Shown: positions 57,035-64,000 of the stretch, one piece after another
Numbering within the stretch: the first letter of the stretch is position 1
Layout: every line of letters starts with the position of its first letter
Origin: Desulfuromonadaceae bacterium
GTDB taxonomy: Bacteria > Desulfobacterota > Desulfuromonadia > Desulfuromonadales > Desulfuromonadaceae
Direction: 5' to 3'
Length of the DNA stretch: 64,000 bases
NCBI GenBank assembly: GCA_046482505.1
Contig: JAWOFA010000034.1
Span: forward strand, 2,791-66,790
Program-made: the position numbers and the translations under genes
The notes under the pieces: generated by a model
Seen by the model: the letters and a program-made list of their open reading frames with translations, nothing else
Databases searched by the model: none
What the model was told of the DNA's origin: nothing

Positions 57035-58096
57035 ATGTTTAGATCTAAAAAAGCGATTTTAGGGATCGATATCGGAGCCAGCGCCATAAAGATGGTGCAA
57101 TTCAAGGAATCTAAGTCTGGTTACATCCTCAAGGTGCTAGATCTTGAGCCGTTGCCGTCAGAGGCGGTGGTAGATAGCTCAATCATGGATTCCAGTGCAG
57201 TAGTCCAGGCTATTCACGATCTAATTGAACGCAACAGCATTGGCAAAAATGCCGAGGTTGCGATTGCAGTGTCAGGGCATTCTGTAATTGTGCGTAAAAT
57301 ATCTCTCCCCCTGATGACGGAAGAGGAACTGGACGGATCCATACAGTGGGAAGCCGAGCAGTACATCCCCTTTGATATAGCTGAAGTATATCTGGATTAC
57401 CAGATTATCGGTCCCGATCCTGCAGATCAGGGGCAGATGGAGGTGGTCCTGATTGCTGCACGGCGCGAATTTGTCAACGAGTATACCGGCGTTGTCAGGG
57501 AGAGCGGCCTAGTTCCTGTTGTGGTTGATGTAGGATGTTTTGCAGTCGAGAATATCTACTGTACCCTATACACAGAGGAGATGCTTGATGTAGTCGCACT
57601 TATAGACATTGGTGCGAGTGGGGCACAGTTGAGTGTACTGAAGGATAATATCTCGGTATTTACCCGTGAGATACAGATCGGTGGCGATTCCTTCAACGAA
57701 GAGCTGCAAAAGCGCTTCGGTCTCAGTAATGAAGACGCGGAAATGCTCAAGATTAATGGCTCTTATGAAGGGGTGGATACAGATGAAGCTCAAACCGTCA
57801 TGGAGCAGGTAGTAGATAATCTCGTCCAGGAGCTAACTCGCGCCCTGGACTTTTTTTCGGCTACCTTCAACGACGAAACAGTTTCAAAGGTTTATCTTAC
57901 CGGTGGTGTATGTCTCACTTCCGGGTTGCTGGATAAGTTTGAAGAGTCTCTCGATGCTCCGGTAGCTCTCCTGGATCCATTCAGCAGGGTACAGATGAAG
58001 GAGACTGAGTTCGACCTGGAGTTTGTTAAGTCTTCGGCGCCCTTTTATGCCGTAGCTGCCGGCCTGGCTACAAGAAAGTTTGGAGACAAGCTATGA
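57035..58096 (+). CDS. pilM: type IV pilus assembly protein PilM
   Basis: 353 aa, actin-like ATPase fold (LGIDIGASAIKMV, DIGASGAQLSV). First gene of a pilMNOPQ array with overlapping stops and starts. Confidence 0.92.
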   Translation: MFRSKKAILGIDIGASAIKMVQFKESKSGYILKVLDLEPLPSEAVVDSSIMDSSAVVQAIHDLIERNSIGKNAEVAIAVSGHSVIVRKISLPLMTEEELDGSIQWEAEQYIPFDIAEVYLDYQIIGPDPADQGQMEVVLIAARREFVNEYTGVVRESGLVPVVVDVGCFAVENIYCTLYTEEMLDVVALIDIGASGAQLSVLKDNISVFTREIQIGGDSFNEELQKRFGLSNEDAEMLKINGSYEGVDTDEAQTVMEQVVDNLVQELTRALDFFSATFNDETVSKVYLTGGVCLTSGLLDKFEESLDAPVALLDPFSRVQMKETEFDLEFVKSSAPFYAVAAGLATRKFGDKL

Positions 58097-58671
58097 TTAA
58101 AATTAACCTTCTACCGGTAAAGTCGGTCCAGAAGCAGATTCAGGTGCGCAACAACCTGCTCGTAGCAGTGGTTATGCTGTTACTGGTGGGCGGGGTCTGT
58201 TATGTGTTCTATTCTTCTCTAAAGTCCGACATAGCAACCGTTGACCGTGAGATTCAGGATAATCGTCGTGAGATAAGTAGTCTGAAGAAGAAGATCGGTG
58301 AGGTTAATCGGTTTAAAAAACTCCAGAAAGAGCTGGAGAACAAATTGAAAATCATGGATGAACTCCGCGCCTCCAAGTCAGGTCCCGTGCACCTGATGGA
58401 TGAACTGATTAAAGCTTTGCCGGAAAAGCTCTGGATCACCTCTTTTACTGAACGAGGCGGTTCTGTGCAGATCAGCGGTGTGGGCCTGACTGAAAATGAT
58501 GTAGCCACCTTTATGACCAATCTGGAAGGCTCTGCATATTATTCAGGGGTGGAACTTAGGGTGACTAAGCAGAAAGTACAGGATGGGCTGCGTTTGCAGA
58601 ATTTCGACATATCGTGTCGTGCACAAAATCCTGTTACGTCTGATGCTGATAAACAGGGGGGCAAACCATGA
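58093..58671 (+). CDS. pilN: type IV pilus assembly protein PilN
   Basis: 192 aa. MIKINLLP N-terminus, single TM and coiled coil. ATGA overlap with pilM. Confidence 0.88.
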   Translation: MIKINLLPVKSVQKQIQVRNNLLVAVVMLLLVGGVCYVFYSSLKSDIATVDREIQDNRREISSLKKKIGEVNRFKKLQKELENKLKIMDELRASKSGPVHLMDELIKALPEKLWITSFTERGGSVQISGVGLTENDVATFMTNLEGSAYYSGVELRVTKQKVQDGLRLQNFDISCRAQNPVTSDADKQGGKP

Positions 58672-59258
58672 ATCCGCAAGTCGAGAAAATCATTAAATTA
58701 CCTCTGTATCAACGCGTATTGATACTGGTGGTGCTTTTATCTCTTTTAGTGGGAGCGTTTGTCTACTTTATTTATACCCCCGCAAGCGAAGAACTGGCCA
58801 AGAAGCAGGCGCAGAATGACAAGTTACTGGTAGAATTGCAGGAAAGCCGCCGAATCGCAAATAATCTCCCCCGCTTCAAGGCAGAATATGAAGCGATGAA
58901 AAAGCAACTTGATCAGGCGCTGAATGAACTTCCGAATAAACAGGAAATCCCTTCACTGCTCAGAAATATCGCCGGTCTCGCACGTGACAACGGTCTTGAG
59001 GTGTTACAGTTCAAACCGGAAAATGAATCTGCAAAAAACTTTTATGCAGAAGTTCCAGTGAGTCTTGACCTGAAGGGCAGTTATCACCAGATGGCTCTGT
59101 TTTGTCAGGCAGTGTCTCAGATGGCGCGAATTGTAAATATCAAGGATATAAAACTTGGAAAGCCGCAGCAGCAAAACGGGACAACAGTGCTCTCCATATC
59201 CTGCCGGGCGGTAACATATCGTTTCCTTGAGACATCCAGTGCAGAGAAAGGAAAATAA
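58668..59258 (+). CDS. pilO: type IV pilus assembly protein PilO
   Basis: 196 aa with a single TM, coiled coil and C-terminal ferredoxin-like core. Overlaps the pilN stop. Confidence 0.87.
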   Translation: MNPQVEKIIKLPLYQRVLILVVLLSLLVGAFVYFIYTPASEELAKKQAQNDKLLVELQESRRIANNLPRFKAEYEAMKKQLDQALNELPNKQEIPSLLRNIAGLARDNGLEVLQFKPENESAKNFYAEVPVSLDLKGSYHQMALFCQAVSQMARIVNIKDIKLGKPQQQNGTTVLSISCRAVTYRFLETSSAEKGK

Positions 59259-59260
59259 CT

Positions 59261-59794
59261 ATGGGACGTTACGTGGCATTCCTTCTAGTTCTGCTCATGT
59301 CTTGTATGGTATGCGGATGTTCCGATGACAAACCGCAGCAGATGAAACCGGTGCAAGCACGCAGTAGCGCTCCTGCTGAGCGCCCGGCACCTGATAAGGA
59401 TAAAGGCGTTGCCCCGGAGGTGGAGCAGAAACCGGAAAAACCTGTATTTATTTATGTTGAAGAGGGGCGACGTGATCCCTTCACTTCACTACTTACGATT
59501 AAAGAATCGGTGGAAGATGAGGCGGAGCCTCTCACTCCACTGCAGAAATTTGGCCTTAAAGAGATCCGCTTGATGGCCATTGTAATAGGGAAAGGGGAGC
59601 CGCGTGCTATGGTTGTAGCACCGGACAAAAAGGCATATACCCTGACCCGCGGAGTTAAGATTGGGAGAAATAAAGGGGTTGTGCAGGAGATTACCCCGGA
59701 GGAAATAATTGTAGAGGAGCGTTTCCGCGATTTTGCCGGAACAACGCGGACCGAAATCAAACGTATGACGCTTCCTCAGGGAGAAGGGGAATGA
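59261..59794 (+). CDS. pilP: type IV pilus assembly lipoprotein PilP
   Basis: 177 aa with a lipobox (MVCGCS), Pro/Lys-rich linker and C-terminal beta domain (RDPF...LKEIRLMAIV). Position between pilO and pilQ. Confidence 0.8.
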   Translation: MGRYVAFLLVLLMSCMVCGCSDDKPQQMKPVQARSSAPAERPAPDKDKGVAPEVEQKPEKPVFIYVEEGRRDPFTSLLTIKESVEDEAEPLTPLQKFGLKEIRLMAIVIGKGEPRAMVVAPDKKAYTLTRGVKIGRNKGVVQEITPEEIIVEERFRDFAGTTRTEIKRMTLPQGEGE

Positions 59795-62079
59795 ATATGA
59801 AACAGAGAGTTTTTCTGCCAATCGTGCCGTTTGTATTGTTGTTTGCGGTGTTGATGTTGCCCGGCCTCCAAAGTGTGGTTCATGCACAGATGAATACCGT
59901 CACAGCAGTGCAGTTCGGGGTTGATACAGCTTCGATAGTCACTGATGCTGCGAATCCTGAATTCAATACTTATACACTAGGAGCGCCGGAACGCCTGGTG
60001 GTGGATATAGCCGATGTAACCCCGGCATTTCCAGAGCGTTCGTATGAGATAAACTCCGGGTTCAGCAGTGTGAGGGTTGGATTATATGCGGATAAAACCC
60101 GCTTTGTATTTGATGCCACTGAAGGACAATTGCCCGAAGCAAATGTGTATGTGGATGGCCGAGAGATTGTAGTGGACTGGTCTGGAGCAGAAAATGCTTC
60201 GGGGACAGATGACGTTGCTACCCGTTCCGCGACCGGAACCACCCTGGTGTCCGCGCAGAAGTCATATTCTCCCCAGCCCGGGGCACCTGCAGTTGCTACT
60301 GAGTTGAATTTCAATCTGGTAGGTTCGGAATCTGTTTTTACAGCAGATTTTGGCGGCGATACCAATCAAATCGAACTTATTCAACCACGCACTAAAGGAG
60401 ATATAATCCGTTTCGGAGTGGCAAATGCCGCCATCCCACGCAGCTTGCGTCGAGTTATTGATGCTTCAGTGTTCCCCAGTTCCTTACTGCAGATTACTCC
60501 CTATTCCACCATCATTGACGGCACGCGTAATGTGATGTTTGCAGTGCAACTCAAGGGAGATGTGGAGTACACCGTAGGGTTGAATGGCAACACTCTGGAG
60601 TTCAACTGTGCCAATGCTGAGTTTGCTGACATGGCGGCGGAGGATATGCAGCTTGCTGTGGATGTGATGGATGCCGACTCGGAAGACAATGCCCCCGAAA
60701 GGGCACAGACCGCCGATCTTTATTCCCAGGAAGAGGATCCTACTGTAGGAGACGTGCTTGAGTCGCTTTCCAGCGCTGAGGAAGCAGATACTTCAGACAT
60801 CGTTTCAGACCCGGTCAAGGTTTACACCGGCGAGCCGGTGAGTCTGGTATTTGACGATGCCGATATTCGTAAGATATTACGTCTAATCAGCGAAATCAGT
60901 GATATCAATCTTATTGTCGCTGAAGAGGTGCAGGGTACCATTTCTCTGCGCCTGCAGGATGTCCCCTGGGATCAGGCTCTCGATCTGATTCTTGAAATTC
61001 AGGAACTCGGCATGATCCAGAAGGGCAATGTGGCGCGCGTGCTTCCATTGGAAAAGATTCAAGCCATGGAAACTCAGCGCTTACGTGCCAAACAGGAAGT
61101 AAAGCGTTTGGAGGATACTCAAACAGAGATTTTTGCCATCAACTACAAGGATGCGGATTCCTTTGAAGATGTGATTGATGATATCCTCTCCGATCAGGGC
61201 GAAGTGCAGGTAATCGAGGGGAGTAAGAAGATCATGGTCAATGATATCCCTTCGAAGCTTGAAGAGGTGCGCGCAATCCTCAAACAGCTCGATGAACCCG
61301 TCAAGCAGGTGATGATAGAGGCGCGCATTGTGGAGGCCAATACCTCTGATGGCATCGATTTGGGGATCAATTGGGGATTTACTTACAATAATGATGCTAG
61401 TAATAGAAATGTTGACGACGATACTGATGAAATCGGCGATCCTGATGGCGGAGTAAGTTTGTCTGGGTTAGCAGAAAGTGCTTTGAGCATGGGCGGTGCT
61501 TTTCTTCTGCCTGCTTCCGGAAATACTGCAGGGATCGGTGGTTCCATGACATTTGGCAGAACTGGTTATGATACTAGCGTTCTTGATCTTCGCATTTCTG
61601 CTCTTGAAACCTCAGGTAGAGGCAGGGTTGTATCGTCACCCAAGGTTATGGCTCTGGATGGTGAAATTGCCAAAATTGAACAGGGGACATCAATTCCATA
61701 TCAGTCGGTAAGTGATCAGGGCACGACTACTGAGTTTGAAGATGCGACCCTGTCTTTGGAGGTGACTCCGGAAATCAACCCGGATAACACTATCATCATG
61801 GAGATCCTTGCTTCTAATAGTACGGTGGGCAATACTGTGAATACTGGTGCGGGCAGTGCCCCTGCCATTGACACCAAGGAAGCAGAAACAAAGTTGCTGC
61901 TTAAAAACGGTGAAACTACCGTCATTGGTGGTATTTACGTAGAAAATGAACAGAATGGCGAAACGGGCACCCCCTTATTGAAGGATATTCCGCTTCTTGG
62001 TCATCTGTTTAAATCCAGGAGTAAAAGCAATAGTCGCAGTGAGTTGCTGATTTTCATAACTCCACGCATTATTAACTAA
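59791..62079 (+). CDS. pilQ: type IV pilus secretin PilQ
   Basis: 762 aa with a signal peptide, AMIN-like N-terminal repeats and an acidic linker. Secretin core (GETTVIGGIY, PLLKDIPLLGHLFK, SELLIFITPRII). Confidence 0.92.
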   Translation: MNMKQRVFLPIVPFVLLFAVLMLPGLQSVVHAQMNTVTAVQFGVDTASIVTDAANPEFNTYTLGAPERLVVDIADVTPAFPERSYEINSGFSSVRVGLYADKTRFVFDATEGQLPEANVYVDGREIVVDWSGAENASGTDDVATRSATGTTLVSAQKSYSPQPGAPAVATELNFNLVGSESVFTADFGGDTNQIELIQPRTKGDIIRFGVANAAIPRSLRRVIDASVFPSSLLQITPYSTIIDGTRNVMFAVQLKGDVEYTVGLNGNTLEFNCANAEFADMAAEDMQLAVDVMDADSEDNAPERAQTADLYSQEEDPTVGDVLESLSSAEEADTSDIVSDPVKVYTGEPVSLVFDDADIRKILRLISEISDINLIVAEEVQGTISLRLQDVPWDQALDLILEIQELGMIQKGNVARVLPLEKIQAMETQRLRAKQEVKRLEDTQTEIFAINYKDADSFEDVIDDILSDQGEVQVIEGSKKIMVNDIPSKLEEVRAILKQLDEPVKQVMIEARIVEANTSDGIDLGINWGFTYNNDASNRNVDDDTDEIGDPDGGVSLSGLAESALSMGGAFLLPASGNTAGIGGSMTFGRTGYDTSVLDLRISALETSGRGRVVSSPKVMALDGEIAKIEQGTSIPYQSVSDQGTTTEFEDATLSLEVTPEINPDNTIIMEILASNSTVGNTVNTGAGSAPAIDTKEAETKLLLKNGETTVIGGIYVENEQNGETGTPLLKDIPLLGHLFKSRSKSNSRSELLIFITPRIIN

Positions 62080-62113
62080 AAGTACAACTGTATAGTTTAA
62101 ACGCTAAATATTC

Positions 62114-62142
62114 AAAAAGGACAGGCAGCGCCTGTCCTTTTT
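62114..62142 (+). terminator. rho-independent terminator after pilQ
   Basis: AAAAAGGACAGG-cagcg-CCUGUCCUUUUU: perfect 12-bp stem, 5-nt loop, U-tail. Confidence 0.75.
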
Positions 62143-62165
62143 GATTGAATCCACTGGCAAGCGAA

Positions 62166-62702
62166 ATGTTGCATAAACACATATTTTTTACTGGCTTTAT
62201 GGGCGCCGGAAAGTCTACCGTGGGTACACTTCTGGCGCACGCACTGGGGCTGGACTTTATCGATACGGATCAGCTCATCGTGCAGCGCCACTGCATGAGC
62301 ATCAACTCGATATTTGCCCATTATGGCGAAGCCTATTTCCGCTCCTGTGAAACAGCCGTGTTGCAGGAGCTGGATAGCATATCTGAGGCTGAAAGCATGA
62401 TTGTCTCCACCGGTGGCGGGATAGTAGGGCGGGAGGAAAATATCCGTCTGATGCATATGCACGGGACTATAGTCTATTTACACGCTTCGTGGGATACGCT
62501 GAGGCAGCGCTTGAGTGATGTATCCGATCGCCCTTTGGCTCTCAACGGTTCCGACGACAAACTCCATACCTTGTGGGCACAGCGCTTACCTCAGTACCGT
62601 AATGCAGACATTGAAATCGACACCAGTGGATTATCTCCACACCAGGTAGTTACGCAGCTGAAGTTGCTTTTGCATGACCCTGGTGCTGATGACCAATCCT
62701 AA
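62166..62702 (+). CDS. aroK: shikimate kinase
   Basis: ORF 62145-62702; start chosen at ATG 62166 (MLHKHIFFTGFMGAGKSTVG P-loop). STGGG motif. Confidence 0.9.
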   Translation: MLHKHIFFTGFMGAGKSTVGTLLAHALGLDFIDTDQLIVQRHCMSINSIFAHYGEAYFRSCETAVLQELDSISEAESMIVSTGGGIVGREENIRLMHMHGTIVYLHASWDTLRQRLSDVSDRPLALNGSDDKLHTLWAQRLPQYRNADIEIDTSGLSPHQVVTQLKLLLHDPGADDQS

Positions 62703-62733
62703 TTTAATCCCAAATAAAGTAGTGAACCCTCTC

Positions 62734-63837
62734 ATGCAAGAATTACGCGTAGATCTGGATAACAGAAGCTATTCCATCCATATCGGTTCGGACACACTAT
62801 CCTCCGTGGTTGAATTGCTCGAAGCGCTCAAGCTTTCAAAGCACCTGGTTGTAGTCACCAATGATGTGGTGGCGCCGCTGTACCTGGAGCAGGTGACTGG
62901 CTTATTACGAAATGCTGAGTATAATGTTGACTGTGTAATCCTTCCTGACGGTGAGCAACACAAGGACGCCACGAGTCTCAATGCCATCTACACCCGTATG
63001 CTTGAGCGTAACTGTGATCGTGATACTGCCATTGTGGCTCTCGGTGGTGGAGTGATTGGCGATATGGCCGGTTTTGCAGCTGCAACCTATATGCGCGGCA
63101 TTCCGTTTGTACAGATCCCCACCACTCTGCTGGCTCAGGTGGACAGTTCCGTGGGAGGAAAGACCGCGATCAATCATCCGCTGGGCAAAAACATGATCGG
63201 TGCCTTTTACCAGCCACGTAGCGTTATCATTGACGTCGCCACCCTGGATACGCTGGATGAGAGGCATTTTCGCGCCGGGTTGGCCGAAGTAGTAAAGTAC
63301 GGGGTTATTGCCGATGCTGATTTTTTCTCCTGGCTGGAGCAGAATATCCCCCGTTTATTGAGTAAAGATCCTGCCGCCCTTGAATATGCGATTAAGACCT
63401 GTTGCAGCATCAAAGCTGCGATTGTGGCCCAGGATGAAACCGAGCATTCGGTGCGCGCGCTGCTGAATTTCGGCCACACCTTCGGGCACGCGCTGGAGCA
63501 GTTGGGTGGCTATGGTACTATCCTCCATGGGGAAGGGGTCGCTATCGGGATGGCGGTAGCCACGCGCATATCCGCACTCAAAGGATTGTGCTCCACTGCA
63601 GATGTTGCAAGGCTGGATGCAATTCTAATACAATGCGGGCTGGATATCCATGTGCCTCAGGGTTTTACGCCGGAGCAGTTTGTCGCAGCGATGATGCGGG
63701 ATAAAAAGGTGAGTTCCGGCACCTTGCGTATGGTGTTGGCCCACGGCATAGGAACGAGTGAAGTTCAGGCCATCGAAGACCCCTTGCGCACCTTTACCCG
63801 GGTTCTGGCCGATTCCTCCCTGGTAGCGCCGAATTAA
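62734..63837 (+). CDS. aroB: 3-dehydroquinate synthase
   Basis: ORF 62674-63837; start chosen at ATG 62734 (MQELRVDLDNRSYSIHIGSD). LGGGVIGDMAGFAAATYMRGI, VDSSVGGKTAINHP and FGHTFGHALE motifs. Confidence 0.92.
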   Translation: MQELRVDLDNRSYSIHIGSDTLSSVVELLEALKLSKHLVVVTNDVVAPLYLEQVTGLLRNAEYNVDCVILPDGEQHKDATSLNAIYTRMLERNCDRDTAIVALGGGVIGDMAGFAAATYMRGIPFVQIPTTLLAQVDSSVGGKTAINHPLGKNMIGAFYQPRSVIIDVATLDTLDERHFRAGLAEVVKYGVIADADFFSWLEQNIPRLLSKDPAALEYAIKTCCSIKAAIVAQDETEHSVRALLNFGHTFGHALEQLGGYGTILHGEGVAIGMAVATRISALKGLCSTADVARLDAILIQCGLDIHVPQGFTPEQFVAAMMRDKKVSSGTLRMVLAHGIGTSEVQAIEDPLRTFTRVLADSSLVAPN

Positions 63838-63848
63838 CGGGATAAATT

Positions 63849-64000
63849 ATGCCGGATACAGACCTTAAACTGCTGCAGAAAAAGTGGAGTGATGCGCCCC
63901 AGTCCGAGGCGTTCTATCCTCTTGCACGCGCCTACTTTGACGTGGATCTCTCTGACGCAGCGGCAGATGTGCTGCAACAGGGGTTGCGCCATCATCCCAC
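63849..64000 (+). CDS. hypothetical protein, N-terminal fragment (possibly TPR-like; continues beyond window)
   Basis: ATG 63849 opens a frame that stays open to the window end (MPDTDLKLLQKKWSDAPQSEAFYPLARAYFDVDLSDAAADVLQQGLRHHP). Coding-like composition, 11 nt after aroB. Confidence 0.35.
   Translation, partial: MPDTDLKLLQKKWSDAPQSEAFYPLARAYFDVDLSDAAADVLQQGLRHHP

Noticed and set aside
1-64000. CRISPR arrays, rRNA/tRNA genes, transposases, integrases, toxin-antitoxin or known defence systems
   Set aside because: I scanned the ORF translations and all intergenic gaps over 80 nt. I found no repeat-spacer periodicity, no T-loop/acceptor features and no DDE/tyrosine-recombinase motifs.

Overview
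This is a gene-dense chromosomal window of about 62 protein-coding genes. I recognised no rRNA, tRNA, CRISPR array, transposase, integrase or phage genes. Gene content and synteny (pilMNOPQ-aroK-aroB, DUF374 between msbA and waaA, an Ehr-type complex, many c-di-GMP and sigma-54 components) suggest a Desulfuromonadales/Geobacter-like deltaproteobacterium; this is inference, with no database search run.

Layout:
- 1-10.3 kb: one co-directional lipid A / Kdo / heptose LPS-core array (lpxB', msbA, DUF374, waaA, lpxK, trm112-like, waaF, waaC, gmhA, LPS kinase, hldE).
- 10.3-12.4 kb: an AT-richer patch with a zinc-ribbon membrane protein, a TPR lipoprotein and a CPBP protease.
- 12.4-27.8 kb: housekeeping genes (M16 peptidase pair, lpxH, queH, ClC channel, DHH phosphoesterase, amidase, rph, rdgB, degenerate GGDEF, ndk, rlmN, mtnP, PfkB kinase, PilW-like TPR lipoprotein).
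- 27.9-39.4 kb: a REC/USP/REC-kinase trio, a FAD protein, YhaM-like, MBL, coaBC, a secreted zinc-PLC-like protein, udg, ridA, PHP histidinol phosphatase and metF.
- 39.4-47.4 kb, minus strand: the most interesting part. A six-gene group-4-hydrogenase/complex-I-like operon whose 'large subunit' has lost all four [NiFe] cysteine ligands (Ehr-type, function unknown). It is headed by an HTH-PTS-EIIA fusion regulator. One antiporter-like subunit is interrupted by a single in-frame TAG at a conserved Trp position.
- 47.4-55.7 kb: radical SAM protein, GGDEF cyclase, LysR, NtrC-type regulator, pyruvate carboxylase.
- 55.8-64 kb: pilD, pilMNOPQ, aroK, aroB.

Other points worth a second look:
- Perfect palindromes lie in the divergent control region between the Ehr regulator and the radical SAM gene.
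- A 113-nt multi-stem element lies upstream of metF and matches no riboswitch class I know.

All start codons are manual choices. All functional calls come from motifs I could read in the translations.
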